DNA of 64,000 nt from Stegostoma tigrinum (lineage: Eukaryota), in contig NC_081391.1 in the NCBI RefSeq assembly GCF_030684315.1, positions 21,102,629 through 21,166,628 of the forward strand. Direction: 5' to 3'. The translations under genes and the position numbers were made by a program. Positions 13,405 through 27,056 of the stretch are shown piece by piece (the first letter of the stretch is position 1; each line of letters opens with the position of its first letter). The notes under the pieces are model-generated. The model was not told the origin of the DNA. It ran no database searches and saw only the letters and a list, made by a program, of their open reading frames with translations.

Positions 13405-15918
13405 ATGGCTTCCCAAGTGTGTCAGAACTACCACAAGGACTGTGAGGATGCTGTTAACAAGCAGATCAACCTGGAGCTCTGTTCCTCCTATGTTTACCTC
13501 TCCATGGTGAGCTTTGTGGAATTGAAGCCTGTGTGATAACAGTGTTGACCTGTTTGGGTTTTTATGCTGGGTTAATGACTTAGCTGTAGCATGTATTGTT
13601 TTCTGTGGCCCTTCCCCTGATGCAATCTCGTGCAAGTCCTAACACTGACTCTCTGTTCAGGTTTTGAACACTGTCTTAATATACAACTGGCTCCTGGGTG
13701 TGGATCCCCAGTTGTCCATCTCGAGACAGGGTCGCCCTTGGTGATTGTTTTCATTGAACTCTGGAGGGTTGAGCTGGTTTTGCTGATAAATTTAACTTGG
13801 TTATATCCCTTTTCTTCAGAAAACCTTCCCTGGTAGGACACAAATGTATCCTTTTGTTTGAACCTTGCCCCATTTGCCAGACTGGCTTATGTTCAAGATC
13901 TAAAGTTCCCTTAACTAAAGACAGCAACTGCTGGAAATCAAACAGCAACAAGAATAGCTAGAAAAGTTCTACAGATCTGCAAGGAATGGTGGAAGAATTC
14001 CGGTCAAATTTTGGGTCCACTGACCCTTGCTCAGTGTGTTTTGTGAGCTATGACAAGTGGCACACACTTGAAATATTAACTCGTGTACAACAAAGCAGTT
14101 AGAATTCTGTGTGGAGTGGGTGGTAGGACACTAGGGTTATTCAGGTGGGTGATGGTGATAATGAGGCTGCTGACTGAGATTTCTGGCTGTGTTAATGACT
14201 GACTGCATTATTCATAGCATTTCATTCAGTTGGACAGGGGTCTAACTAGTCTCCACATCGCGAACAATAGTGTTTTATCACCTGCAGAACAGGGATATCT
14301 AATGGCTATAGACAGCTGTCCCCTTCATTGTGCACCATGCCACACTCTATCGCACCTTTTTAGCAAAACACAGGTGAGGGATTGCATTTGGTTTTTGTCC
14401 TCTATTTCCAGAAGTCTGGCTAAGTATCTGTTACATGGGTTATAATCCATGGAAGGTGACTTCCTGGCTCTCTCTAGTTTTGCCCACTTAAATGTGGAGT
14501 CAAGATGGTAACTGGGTTAGTATCTGAGAAGAGGCATTGATGTATTTCAGACATTTCCCTTTATTGCCTCTTCCCCCGACAGGTCTCTTACTTTGACCGG
14601 GATGATGTTGCCCTGCGTCACTTTGCTGAGTTCTTCAAGGAGCAGTCCCATGAGGAGCGGGAACACGCTGAGAAACTGATGGCTTTCTAGAATAAACGTG
14701 GAGGCCGAATCCTCCTGCAGGACATCAAGGTTGGATTCCAAAGCTTTCTTTTGCAGCTTTTTGTGAAATACCACTCAATTGTGGCTAGCTCAATCTGTTT
14801 AGCTTCAGGACTGAGCAAATACTGTATGAATGGGGGGATTGCTCACCACAATACGATTCCCTTCACTAAAAGGAAACACTTTTGCACGTGATTGAACAAT
14901 AGTTGGCAATTGTGATAATCCAGTATTCTGGATGGTGAGCAAATATCGGTGTCTACCGCTGCTTTGGACAAGATGAGGTGTCAAAAGGGAAAACAGAAAT
15001 CTTTCAGGTGTGGAAAGCATCAGTATGAAGCCTTAATACATCTAGAAGATGTTTCTGATGCCTTGTGATTACTCTGATCACAGCATAGCAGGATCTGTTT
15101 AGAAATGTCCCCTTCAAGAACAGTACCAAATACAGCAGGTGTTTCACCAAGGTCAAGTCGGCCTGTAGTACTTCCCCTACAATGATGAGGGATAATTAAC
15201 TGATCAGATGTAGACTAATGATACAACTGCCTGCTGAAATCAGAATATCCTGCTTTACTCTGACAAAATTGATCATAGTTTTGATCACGTCAATAAGGTC
15301 ACCTACAAGGAGATTTCCCCCATTTTCCTTAATCTTTCCGTGTATCTAAAATTCCCCATTCCTGGGGTCATCGTAATAAATCACCTTTGAACACTTTTGA
15401 GGTTTTTCACATCCTTCCTTGAATGTCATGCCCAGAACTGAGTACATAATGGAAATGTGGTCTAACCAATGATTTGTAGAGGTGTAACATCAATTCGTTG
15501 CTTTTATACTCGATGCCTCAATTTGAAATTAAATTTGTATTTAAATCTGGGTTTCTGAATAAAAACAGTGATCAGACACTTGGTCCTTTTTGTTAGCCAC
15601 AAGATCTCATTTGACATTGTGGAGGGTTTTCTTGGGTTATACCAACATCCTCCTGTTTCTAAAACTGAGCACTTTCGAAAGTATTTGGCAATCTCCATGA
15701 CATCACTTCACTGTTCGGTCTCCCAAGCTGCATTTGGTCAGATTTAACCAGTTCCCCTCTTTGTCTTCCAGCTGTATGACTTCCTGGAGAGGCACTACCT
15801 GGATGAGCAAGTGAAGATGATCAAGAAGCTGGGAGATCACATCACCAACCTGAAGAGACTGGGAGCCCCTGACAATGGCATGGGAGAGTACCTGTTTGAC
15901 AGGCTCTCACTCAGCTGA
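13405..15918 (+). pseudogene. Ferritin copy 3, pseudogene
   Basis: Exon 1 13405-13506; exon 2 14583-14729 with CAG>TAG at 14688; exon 3 absent, replaced by an inverted insert 15231-15528; exon 4 15772-15918. Confidence 0.93.
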
Positions 15919-18900
15919 ATGGGGTCAATATCTATATCTGTTGTACATGGTGACCTCATTCTACTAAATGACTAGTTGTGCTCTGAGCAAATTAAAATAG
16001 TGTTCACCATGGAACTGAGCACAGTATGTAATTTTCATAGCTTCTGGTTCTTGGAGCTTTTTGTGTTTTAATGTCTGATCATCAATCCTTTGTTCTTTGT
16101 GTCAAGCTTTTGATTCAATGCCTGCCCCAGTAACTTGATCAGTGTTTGATTCTGCTGTGTCTGGGGATTGAGTGGGCAATCCTTTTATTGGAAATTCCAT
16201 AACTGGTAAGGTTGTTGACAGATAAGTCAGCATTACTGACATGTACTCACAGGGACAAGTTTGCAGGACCAGCTTCTAATCAATACACTGACTGAAATCA
16301 TTCCTTTGCCTAAAGGGTAGGCACTGATCTAATGCACTGCCCTTGGCCATGTGTTTGCATCTCTTTTAAATAAGGAGATTCTGGAAACCAGGAACACATC
16401 CTGCTGGGAAATCTCAGGTTGGGCAGCATTGGTAGGGAGAAGGGTTGAACAGAACCTGGACATGAGACACTCAATCATCTCTTGATTGACTTTGTTGCCT
16501 GACAGTGAGGTGTTTTCCAGCAATTTGTTCTCATGCCTAGATGTTAGTGATTTTAGTAGTTTGTAAAATTCCTCCTTACAAGACTAAGATACAATGCTTT
16601 TCCACAGTCTCTTTTTTTCTTTGACATAAGCAATTGCTCATGTCATTGTTCCCAGAGCTAGGGAATTAGTTTCTTCAGTATTTCCTTTATACATGTAGGA
16701 GAAGGACAAATCTACCTTCTCTTAGAATGCTAACGTCTAGGAACGGCCATGCGAATGAAGCGGTGCCCACCTCGTTCCCTGTGTGATAACTTCTATTATT
16801 ACCCTGCAACGAAGAGGTGACAAATACTGAGGATGCCTGGTGGAAAATCAAGCTAAAATACAAATACCATGTGCAGAATCGGCAGTTCCAATTTTTACGT
16901 TTTTTAATCTTCAGCAGGAGAGCTGATCTGGCTGACCTGTGACTCCAAACAGTGCACTGTGGTGGCCTAATCACTATCAATCAGCCCTGAATTACAATGT
17001 GACTGGTTTGTGTAAGGGCTTTAACAGGATCAGGCTATCACTGACAGGCAGCATTTATTATCCATCTCTGATTACCCACCCAGCCCATGAGTAATTCAAA
17101 TTAAACCCCTTTGCTCTGCCTGTGGCGTTACGCAAAGGCCCGATCAGGTAAGGATGGCAGTTTCTTACGAACAAGGACATTAGTGAACCAGAAGAGGCTT
17201 GTTTGGACCATCTCTTCTGGAAAGAGAATGATGTGCATGAAATTCTGTCAAGTCAGACAGTATCAGGATTACAGGTGTCAGTCTAACACTCCAGAATGTT
17301 GACAGCCTCCAGCAAACGAGCAGCCACTTTCGTCTATCCTTCCACCACTGACATACGCAGAGACTGTAATATATACCATCTACCAAATGCTGTAGGAATC
17401 CACCAAAGCTCCTCAGACAACTTCTTAAAATTCTGACTACTTTCCATCGGACAAGGGCAGATGATATGTGGGAACACCACGTTCTACACCAAACCACCGA
17501 TCAGCTGGTGTTGGAAACATCGCTCCCAGGTTCCCTCCCGAACAGCAGTATGGGTTTGATTACACCAAATGGGCTACAGTAATGCAAGAAGGCAAGTCAC
17601 CACATTCTCTAAACTAATGTTGGCCCTGATCTCTGAGGGGTTCAAATACCTCTGGATGAAGAGATTTTGGTGAAATGGTCAAGTTCCTGTTCAACCACAG
17701 CCGGAGTGCACAGTTCTGGCAGGTTCGACCCAAAGATGGTTATGCACAGAATTTCTGGAAGTAACCTGGACAGAGTGATGGTTAATTCATGATAACGGCT
17801 TGTCTAGTCCCTCTGTGTAGGAAGTTAAGGGATGGCTGTAATTGATAATTTTCAGAGGATTAATGGATTTGACAGGGTAGAGAGGAAAGAACCCATTTCT
17901 TCTCAATGATCATCTCGGACTGTGCGCAGAATGGGATGACAATCTTCACGTGAGAATTACATCATCCAGGATAATATCAAAAACAAATTTCTTTGTGGAA
18001 GGGACAATATCTGCACACACAGATATTTACTGCACAAGGTTTGATGTTGCCAATCACTTTCCAATTTCAACAAAAAAAAGTGAGTAATGCATTTTTGTCG
18101 AAGAAACACAAAGTCAAAACAGGCTCGATGTTACAAATCTGATGTGAGTACAGGAGCTCAGCGACTTTCAGTTTCAAGTATGTGATTATCTGAAAGTGGT
18201 CAGGCAGGATGAAGCTGTTATTAATGGAGATTGAGCCACTTTTGTGAACCTTGTGTTTTCAAATTGAGGCATCGAGTATAAAAGCAACGAATTGATGTTA
18301 CACCTCTACAAATCATTGGTTAGACCAAATTTCCATTATGTACTCAGTTCTGGGCATGACATTCAAGGAAGGATGTGAAAAACCTCAAAAGTGTTCAAAG
18401 GTGATTTATTACGATGACCCCAGGAATGGGGAATTTTAGATACACGGAAAGATTAAGGAAAATGGGGGAAATCTCCTTGTAGGTGACCTTATTGACGTGA
18501 TCAAAACTATGATCAATTTTGTCAGAGTAAAGCAGGATATTCTGATTTCAGCAGTTGACTTGTCAGTGACGAGGGGTCACAGTTTGTCAGTAGGGGAGAT
18601 CAGAGTGAAATGGTTAGAAAACTCTTTGCTCAGAAAGTTGTTCGGATTTGGAATGTGCTGCCTGGGAGAGTGACGGAGGTCGATTCCATGGTTGGTTTCA
18701 GAACAAGAGTTGGATATGTCCTTGGAAGTGACGAATTTAGAGAGTGACAGAGATAGGGCTGGAAAGTGAGACTAATCAGGTAGCTCTTTCAGAAGCTATT
18801 ACAGGAACGGTGGGCTGAACGGCCTCCTGTTGTGAAAAACGCTCTGAATTTCCACTCAGGAAATTCTGAGAGTTTGGGGACGGGGTTTGAATTCCACCTG

Positions 18901-20119
18901 TAGAAGGCACCTTTAATGTGGGAAAGCTGTTACACGCCAGCAGAGACATGGTCCTTTACACAAGGTAGACCCAGTTCCACTGGCAAAGAAATGTTGACTG
19001 GGGATCCCCCCACTGCTGACCAACACCCACTGTCACAGCCAACGATCGCACACACCTATCTTCCACCTGGATGGCCGCTGGGGACTGGTTTTGCATTGCA
19101 CTTTATCAGGACCCTCCCCTCGATCGTCCCATCCTGGGTGGCGCTGCCAGGAGGTGAAATCTTCTTCAGGTATCACTCTGAGAAACAACAGAACACTTGA
19201 GGCTCTCCATCACTGCGAGGTGACAATCCACAGGCAGGAGCTGGAGGCAGGGAGATTCTGCTCAGGTACAGACCCACCACAGAATCGGAGAATTGTTATG
19301 GCACAGCAGGAGGCCATTCGGTCCTTTGTGCCTGTACCTGTTCTGGTTGTTTTCTAAATCTGCCTGTGGAGATGATTTAAGATCTCTGGATCTGGTAGGA
19401 ACTTGTACCAAGGCCTCCTGGTCCACAGCTAGGGACATGACCCCTTAACCACAAGACCCTGGCTGCGCTAGTTGCACAAACGTGGAATCATAGAAAATAA
19501 ATGTTGAGTCGGCCATTCATCCCTTCCAGCCTGCTCTGCCATTCCATGTGATTGTGGCTGATTCCATAACTCAGCACCATATTCTCACCCTCTCTGCATT
19601 CCCTTTTGATCCAGCCCTCAAAGCTCTCCCCAATTCCTGTTTTGGCTTCAATCCTTTTCTGTGGCAGAGAATTCCACAGGATCCACCACCCCGCCCCCCG
19701 AGGTGAAGAGATTTCTCCTCACCTCAGTTCTAAATGTATCCTTAGACTGCAAACCCTGGTCCTGAACTCCCCCATAATCAGGAACATCCTTCCCGTCTTT
19801 TCCACAGCTGACACTGTTGCAATTTTCTATGACCCAGAGACAATTTCCCAACTTTCTTTCCCAAATCCCAGCACAACAAGCTGAGAAACTGATGCCCCTC
19901 TTCCTCATTGAATCCCTCGTGCAGTTGCTCACAACCACCTTAATTAAAAAAAATGTGAAAACTTTTCTCAAACCAAATTGACTTATTTTAAAAAAGAACC
20001 AAATAACACACGACCTGAGTGAGTGGTGCAGAAGGTTTGAGATGCCGAATGGCCTCCTGCTGTTCCAGTCACAGAATAACCATCCAGACCTGGCTCTCAT
20101 CTCCACCTCTGATCAGCTC

Positions 20120-20257
20120 TGCTTAACACACCCTCCCCCTCTCTCTCATTGGTGCCTGTATGCTGCGGTGGTTCCTGATTGGCCAGCAGCAACTGTCAGT
20201 CATCATCAGTTCTGCCTCTCTCTGTGTGACTGCAGGATGGTCCCAGGACTATAAATA
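20120..20257 (+). promoter_or_regulatory. Ferritin proximal promoter: CACCC box, two inverted CCAAT boxes, TATA (repeated before copies 2, 7, 9; TATA-degenerate before 1, 3, 6)
   Basis: ACACACCCTCCCC, CATTGG, GATTGG, then TATAAATA about 77 nt before the ATG; block conserved among copies. Confidence 0.7.
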
Positions 20258-20326
20258 CAAGAGCCTGTGGGAGAGAGAGACTTAGTTCTAGAGTTTTCTT
20301 GGTGCTTGTGAGCAGGAATAGTGAAG

Positions 20327-22605
20327 ATGGTTTCCCAAGTGTGTCAGAACTACCACAAGGACTGTGAGGATGCTGTTAACAAGCAGATCAACCTGGAGCT
20401 CTATTCCTCCTATGTTTACCTCTCCATGGTGAGCTTTGTGGAATTGAAGCCTGTGCTATGATAGTGTTGACCTGTTTGGTTTTTATGCTGAGTTAATGAA
20501 TTAGCTGTATCATGTATTATTTTCTGTGGCCCTTCCCCTGTTGCAATCTAGTGCAGGTCTTAACACTGACTCTCTGTTTTGTCTTCATGTCCAACTGGCT
20601 CCTGGATGTGGATGCCCAGCTTGCTGTCTCTGGACAATGTAACCCTTGGTGATTTTTCATCTAACTCTGGAGGGATGATCTGGTCTTGGTCAATAATTAA
20701 TTTTTGTAAAACTTTGGTTGTATTCCTTTTCTCAACAAAAGCCTTCCCTGGTGGAAACTTTTGCTGACACAAATATACTCCTTTTTTCAAACCTTGCCCT
20801 ATTCACCGGACTGTCTTGTGCTCAAGATGTAAAGTTCCCTGAACTAAAAGAACAGCTGCTGCTAGACATTAAACACTAACAAAAATAGCTAGAAAAGCTC
20901 TACAGAGCTGGAAGAAATCCAAGCTCTGGGTCCATTGACCCTTTCTCAGAAGTGGCTTTGAGCGATGCAATGTGAGGAAAGGGGCACATTTTCAGACGAT
21001 GTATGTGTTTTTTTTCTTTCTCTCTAACAAAGCAGTTAAAATTCTGTGGAGTGGGTGGTAGGACACTGCGGTTATTCAGGTGGGTGATAGTGATAATGAG
21101 ACTGCTGACTGAGCTTTCTGGTTGTGTTAATGAACACATGTCCCTTCATTCAGTTGGACAGGGGCTGAACTGGTCTCCACCTCCTGAACAATAGTGTTTC
21201 TAACCTGCAGAGCAGGGATGTCTAATGGCTATAGACAGCTCTCCCCTTCATCATCCATGGAAGGTGACTTGCTGCTTTGTCTGTTTTTTTTTTTAACCAC
21301 TTAAATGTGGAATCAAGATGGTGCCCAGGTTAGTTCCAGAGTGAGGAGTGTCAGTCATGAATTTCAGACAGTTTCCTTTTAGCCTCTCTCTTCCCACAGT
21401 TCTCTTACTTTGACCGGGATGATGTTGCCCTGCATCACTTTGCTGAGTTCTTCAAGGAGCAGTCCCATGAGGAACGGGAACACGCTGAGAAACTGATGGC
21501 ATTCCAGAATAAACGTGGAGGTCGAGTCATCCTGCAGGACATCAAGGTTAGATTCTGAAGCCTTCTGTTTGCAGCTTTTTGTGAGCAGCTACAATCGACT
21601 GGTATCTCCATCTATTTAGCTTTAGCCTTGAACAAATACTGTGTGAAGGGGAGGTTGTTCACCAAAATAGGATTCCTTTAGGTGAAAGGAAATACTCTGC
21701 ACTTATGAGGGCAATTGAGAGGAACCAGAATAGTGAGTAGACATCAATGTGAATGACTCTCCTTCAGACAGAATGAGGTAACAAAAGCTAAGACAGGAAA
21801 TTGTTGCAGTGTGGAAAGTAGCAGTGTCCAGCCTTTCTGAATCTGGAAGATGTTTCTAACACCACAATAGTGAAGCCAGGAATTACTTCCATTGGTACCT
21901 ATTCTCTACATGTGAATTCTGAGAATCTACATTAACAGTAGAATGTGTTTAGAAAATTTGTTATTCCCTCAGTACAAAATCTAGTTGTTGTCTTCAAATT
22001 CAAGTTGGTTTGCAGTACCTCCCCTACAATGATGAGGGATAACTAACTGATCAGATGTCGACTAATGATACAACTGCCTGCTGAACTGTGCTTTCTGTTC
22101 CTGCTTCCCTCCCTCCAGAAGCCAGAGCAGGATGAGTGGGGCAGTGGTCTGGAGGCAATGCAGAGAGCTCTGCAGATGGAGAAGGATGTGAACCAGAGTC
22201 TGCTGGATCTGCACAAACTCGCCTCTGGCCACACTGACCCTCATGTGAGTTTGTAAACTTTCTTCTTGGAAGAAAGTGGTGTGTTTGTGCACTCTCTGGG
22301 TAAAAATCCAATTACCTTCTCCCAGCCTCCTGCAGGCTGTTAAAACAAACTTACAAATGCATCACCTCAGTGGACCTCCACCTGGTTGTGATGGTCACAT
22401 CTGTCATGGGGGTCACTTTCAGACACTTTTGATCCTCTGGATTAATTTTCTCTTCCAGCTGTGTGACTTCCTGGAGAGGCAATACTTGGATGAGCAAGTG
22501 AAGATGATCAAGAAGCTGGGAGATCACATCACCAACCTGAAGAGATTGGGAGCCCCTGACAATGGCATGGGAGAGTACCTGTTTGACAGGCTCACACTCA
22601 GCTGA
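20327..22605 (+). CDS. Ferritin copy 4, intact, 173 aa
   Basis: Exons 20327-20428, 21400-21546, 22119-22244, 22459-22605; GT-AG. TATAAATA at 20250. Confidence 0.94.
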
Positions 22606-24687
22606 ATGGGGTCAATAATGTGTATGTTGTACATGGTGACATAATGCTAGTAACTTGGTTGTGCTCTGAGCAAATTAAAATAGTGTTCACCATGCAACTG
22701 AGTACTTTGCATAATTTCACAGCTGCTTCTGGCTCTTGGTATTGCTGTTTGACACCTGATCATGAAGTGTTTTTCTGTTCTGATTAACCTTTGATTCAAT
22801 GCCTGCCCCACTGGTTTGCTCCTTTTTCTCTTGTTTGTAGGAATTAGGTGGGCAATCCTTGTAGTGGAAATTCCACAAGTGTTCAGTTTGGGTTTTTTGG
22901 CTAGTAAGCAGTGTTGTATTGACTTTTTTATTCCAAACCAGCTTCTGGTCAATATCTTCAGTGAAACCAGCCCCCTGTCTCAATGTTAGACACTGCCCTT
23001 GCAAATGTTTAGGTCTCTTTTGTAAATAAGCAGGGGCAGGAAATAGCAGGTTTGGGGAGCATCTGTGGAGAGAAAACTGTTCAGTCCCAGGACCCAAGCT
23101 TTCCAGCAATTTTGTTGTCGCACTTCAAATCTAATGATTTGAGCATACATTTACTCTTTTTGGAACAGGAATATATATATAGCAGAACATCCAGCATTTC
23201 AGATGCACTGATCTTTAGCATTTAGATAAGCAATTGTGTCCAGATCTGGGAAATTGGTTTCTCTCTTTTGCTGCGGTGGTGGAAGGAGTGAGGGCAGTGG
23301 CTGTTTGTAGGAGAATGGCAGAGTTTGTTTTCTTGTGTATCAGTCTCTCTGCTTCTAGACAATGATCCTGATTAGGTAATGAAGCAGTCCCCACCTTCGA
23401 GCCCCTGTGGTAGAACTTCTATCACTTCTCTGCAGTCTAAGGACGCCAAATGCTCATGACACCAGGAGAAAATAAAGCTCCAACCCAAATGCCACTGGTA
23501 GAAAGCAGCAGTTCCTATTCTTAGCAAGGAAATAAGCTCTCCTGATGTAGATTGACTGACTGGAATGTACCTACACCTGCAGAGCACTCTGGCTGCCTAA
23601 TTACTGATGCTCAGGGGTGACAGATTCCTTTATAAAAAGGATGAGGATGTCTCTGAGCTGACACCATTTATTTATCCATTTCCGATTGCCCCCTGCCAAA
23701 GCCAGGTCAGAGTGTCACGCTTTGCTGTGGTTGCAGTGTCATATGCAGGCCAGACTAAGTAAGGATGCATTTTTGACACTGAATTTAATGCTACTCATCA
23801 GTTTCTTAATTCTAGAACTCCAGAGAGTTGTTGCACAGAATTAGAAGATCAGTCCACCACTCCAGAAATGTGATGGCCTCCCGCTCCCACCAGCCACGAG
23901 ATTCATTCTTTGCACCACTGACACACACAGAGTACACTGTGTACTGCCTCCCAAAAGCTGCAGAAATCCACCATCGCTCCTGAGACAATACTTTCCATAG
24001 CCCTAATTATGTGCCATGGGAGAAAAGCATCTGATACAGGGGAACACCACCCCCTCTAACTACTCCACCAAGCGACATGCCATCCTGAGTTGGAAACGTG
24101 ACCCGCCATGCTCCAGGGTCGGTGGATCAGAATCCTGGAATTCCCTCACTCAGAACATTATGGATCTGACGACAGCAAATAGGCACCAGCAATTCAAGAA
24201 GGAAAGCCACCACATTCTCTCATGGTGAGCCTGATCTCAGACCGGGTCCAATACCTCGGGATGGGCCTTCTTTTGTGAAATTGTCAAGTCCTAGTTCAAC
24301 CCCATCTGGAGTGCACTGTTCCAGTAGGTGCAATCCAAAGATGCTTATGCACAGAATTTCTGGAATGAACCTGGGCAGAAAGTTAATTGGCTACGATGAT
24401 AATAGTTTTCCCAAGTCTCTCGGTGTAGAAGTGGAAGGGATGTCTGTGCTTGAAATTTACAAGTGGATTCATGGATTTGATAGGGTAGATAGAGAGATCC
24501 TGCTTCTTTTCAATTCCATTCCAGGACCGAGAGTGGGGAATATGATTACATTCCTAGTAGTAGAAGTAAATCATCCATGATAAAGCAAAAAACAGCTGCT
24601 TTTTGGAAAGGATAATATGTGAATGAGCAGTTAGATATTTATTCGGTAAGATATTGATGTTGCCAATCACTTTCCCATTGCAACATA

Positions 24688-25849
24688 TGACCAAACAGGT
24701 AGATGAGAGAAAACCGGTTGATGTGGTGTATATGGATTTCGGCAAGGCTTTCGATTAGGCTCTTGTACAAAATACGGAGGAATGGGATTGTGGGAGATAT
24801 AGCAGTTTGGATCAGAAATTGGCTTGCTGAAAGAAGACAGCGTGGTGGTTGATGGGAAATGTTCATCCTGGAGACCGGTTACTCGCGGTGTACCGCAAGG
24901 GTCGGTGCTGGGTCCACTGCTGTTTGTCATTTTTATAAACGTAGAAGGATGGGTTAGTAAATTTGCAGACGACACGAAGGTCGGTGGAGATGTGGATAGT
25001 GACGAAGAATGTTGTAGGTTACAGAGAGACGTAGATAAGTTGCAGAGCTGGGCTGAGAGGTGGCAAACGGAGGTTAATGCGGACAAGTGTGAGGTGTTGT
25101 ACTTTGGTAGGAGGAACCGGAAGGCAAAGTACTGTAAGATTCTTGGTAGTGTAGATGAGCAGAGAGATCTCGGTGACCATGTACACAGATCCTTGAAAGT
25201 TGCCACCCAGGTTGACAGGGTTGTTAAGAAGGCATACAGTGTTTTAGCTTTTATGAATCCAGGGATCATGTTCCGGAACCAAGAGGTTATGCTGCAGCTG
25301 TACAAAACTCTGGTGCGGCCGCACTTGGAGCATTGCGTACAATTCTGGTCACCGCGTTATAAGAAGGATGTGGAAGTTTTGGAAAGGGTGCAGAGGAGGT
25401 TTACTAGGATGTTGCCTGGTATGGAGGGAAAGTCTTACGAGGAAAGGCTGAGGGACTTGAGGCTGTTCTCGTTAGAGATAAGAAGGTTGAGAGGTGACTT
25501 AATTGAGACATATAAGATAATCAAAGGGTTAGACAGGTTGGATAGGGAGAGCCTTTTCCCTAGGACGGAAACGGCGAGCACGAGGGGGCATAGCTTTAAA
25601 TTGAGGGGTGAAAGATATAGGACAGATGTCAGAGGTAGTTACTTTACTCAGAGAATAGTAAGGGTATGGAACGCTTTGCCTACAACGGTCGTAGATTCAC
25701 CAACTTTAAGTACATTTCAGTCGTCATTGGACAAGCATATGGACGTACGTGGAATAGTGTTGGTTAGATGAGCTTCAGATCGGTATGACAGGTCGGCACA
25801 ACGTCAGGGCCGAAGGGCCTGTACTGTGCTGTAATGTTCTATGTTCTAT
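24688..25849 (+). mobile_element. 5'-truncated CR1 (RT C-terminal part + 3' UTR)
   Basis: GVPQGSVLGP and FADD motifs, TGTTCTA tail, TSD AACATA (24682-24687 / 25850-25855); empty site at ~4652. Confidence 0.92.
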
Positions 25850-27056
25850 AACATAAAAGATTAATGCATTTTGGTTGAGAAACATAGAAAGACAAAACAG
25901 GCTCGATGTTACAAATCTGAGGTGAGTACGGGAGCAGAGGGACTTTGGGTTTCAAGTATGTTATTATCTGAAAGTGGCCGAGCGGGACTAACCTGCTATG
26001 AAGAAGGCTTTTGTGAAATGTGTGTTTTCAAATAGATGCGGAGAGTATAAAAGCGAGGAATAGATGTTACACCTCCACAAATCATGGGTTAGACCACATT
26101 TGCAGTACTGTGTTCAGTTCTGGGCATGGTATTTAAGGAAGGACATTAAAGCCCTCGACAGAGTTCAAAGGGCATTTACGAGAATGACACCAGGAATGAG
26201 GGATTTTAGATACAAGGAAAGATGAAGGAAATTGGGATAAATCTCCTTGAAGCATAGTTGATTAAGAGGTGTCCCCGTTGAAGTGACAAAAATAATGAAC
26301 ATTCTGGCAGGGTAAAGGAGGATATCCTGTTTTCACCAGTTGATACGGCAGTGATGAGGGGTCACAATTTGTCAGTAAGGGAGCTCTGAGATGAGGACAA
26401 ACCTCTCTATTCAGAAGGTTGTTAGGATTTGGAATCTGATGCCTGGGAGAGTGGCGGAGGTAGATCCCATAGGTGGCTTCAAAACAAGAGCTGGATATAT
26501 ACTTGGGAGTGACGAATATAGAGGGTATAGGGCTGGAGAGGGGGACTAGGTGGGTAGCTCTTTCGGAAGCCGATACGGACATGATGGGCTGAATGGCCTC
26601 TGTCGTTAAAAATCCTCTGAATGTCCACCCAGGAACTTTTGTAAATTTTGGGTTTGTATTCCTCTCAGTCTTAAATGTCCAACCCAGTCCTCTTACATCA
26701 GGATACCCTGATCCTGGACTCCCCCATCATTGGGAACATCCTTCCTGTCCTTGCCCCGTCTGATCCTGTCACAGTTTTCTATGACCCAGAGCCAATTTGC
26801 CACCTTTCTGTCTCATATCCCAGCACAACAGGCTGAGAAGCTGACACCTCTTCTTCATTGACTTCCTCGTGCAGTTTGTCACAACCACCTTAATTTAGAA
26901 ACAAAATGTTAAAGCTTTTTTCAATTGCCAGTCATCATCAGTTCTGCCCTTCTCTGTGTCAGTGCGGGATGGCCCCCAGGAGTATAAATACAGAGCTTGT
27001 CGGGGAGCAACTCAGTTCTAGGGTGGTCTTGGTTTTAATGAACAAGGCTAGTGATG

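Larger units (their letters stand above)
11956..15237 (+). repeat. Recent segmental duplication, near-identical to 33713-36997
   Basis: Matching translations (12354/34111, 14230/35989, 14805/36565). Confidence 0.9.
15536..25913 (+). repeat. Recent segmental duplication, near-identical to 49112-64000 once the 4.5-kb CR1 is removed
   Basis: Matching ORF-track translations (16329/49905, 17111/50687, 19606/57706, 22276/60371, 24275/62361) and shared indels. Confidence 0.9.

Noticed and set aside
24824-25771. 315-aa open RT ORF in a three-copy CR1 fragment as a domesticated gene
   Set aside because: No ATG start or promoter, deletions inside RT motifs, and stops or frameshifts in the paralogs at 46456 and 62774; the copies come from segmental duplication.
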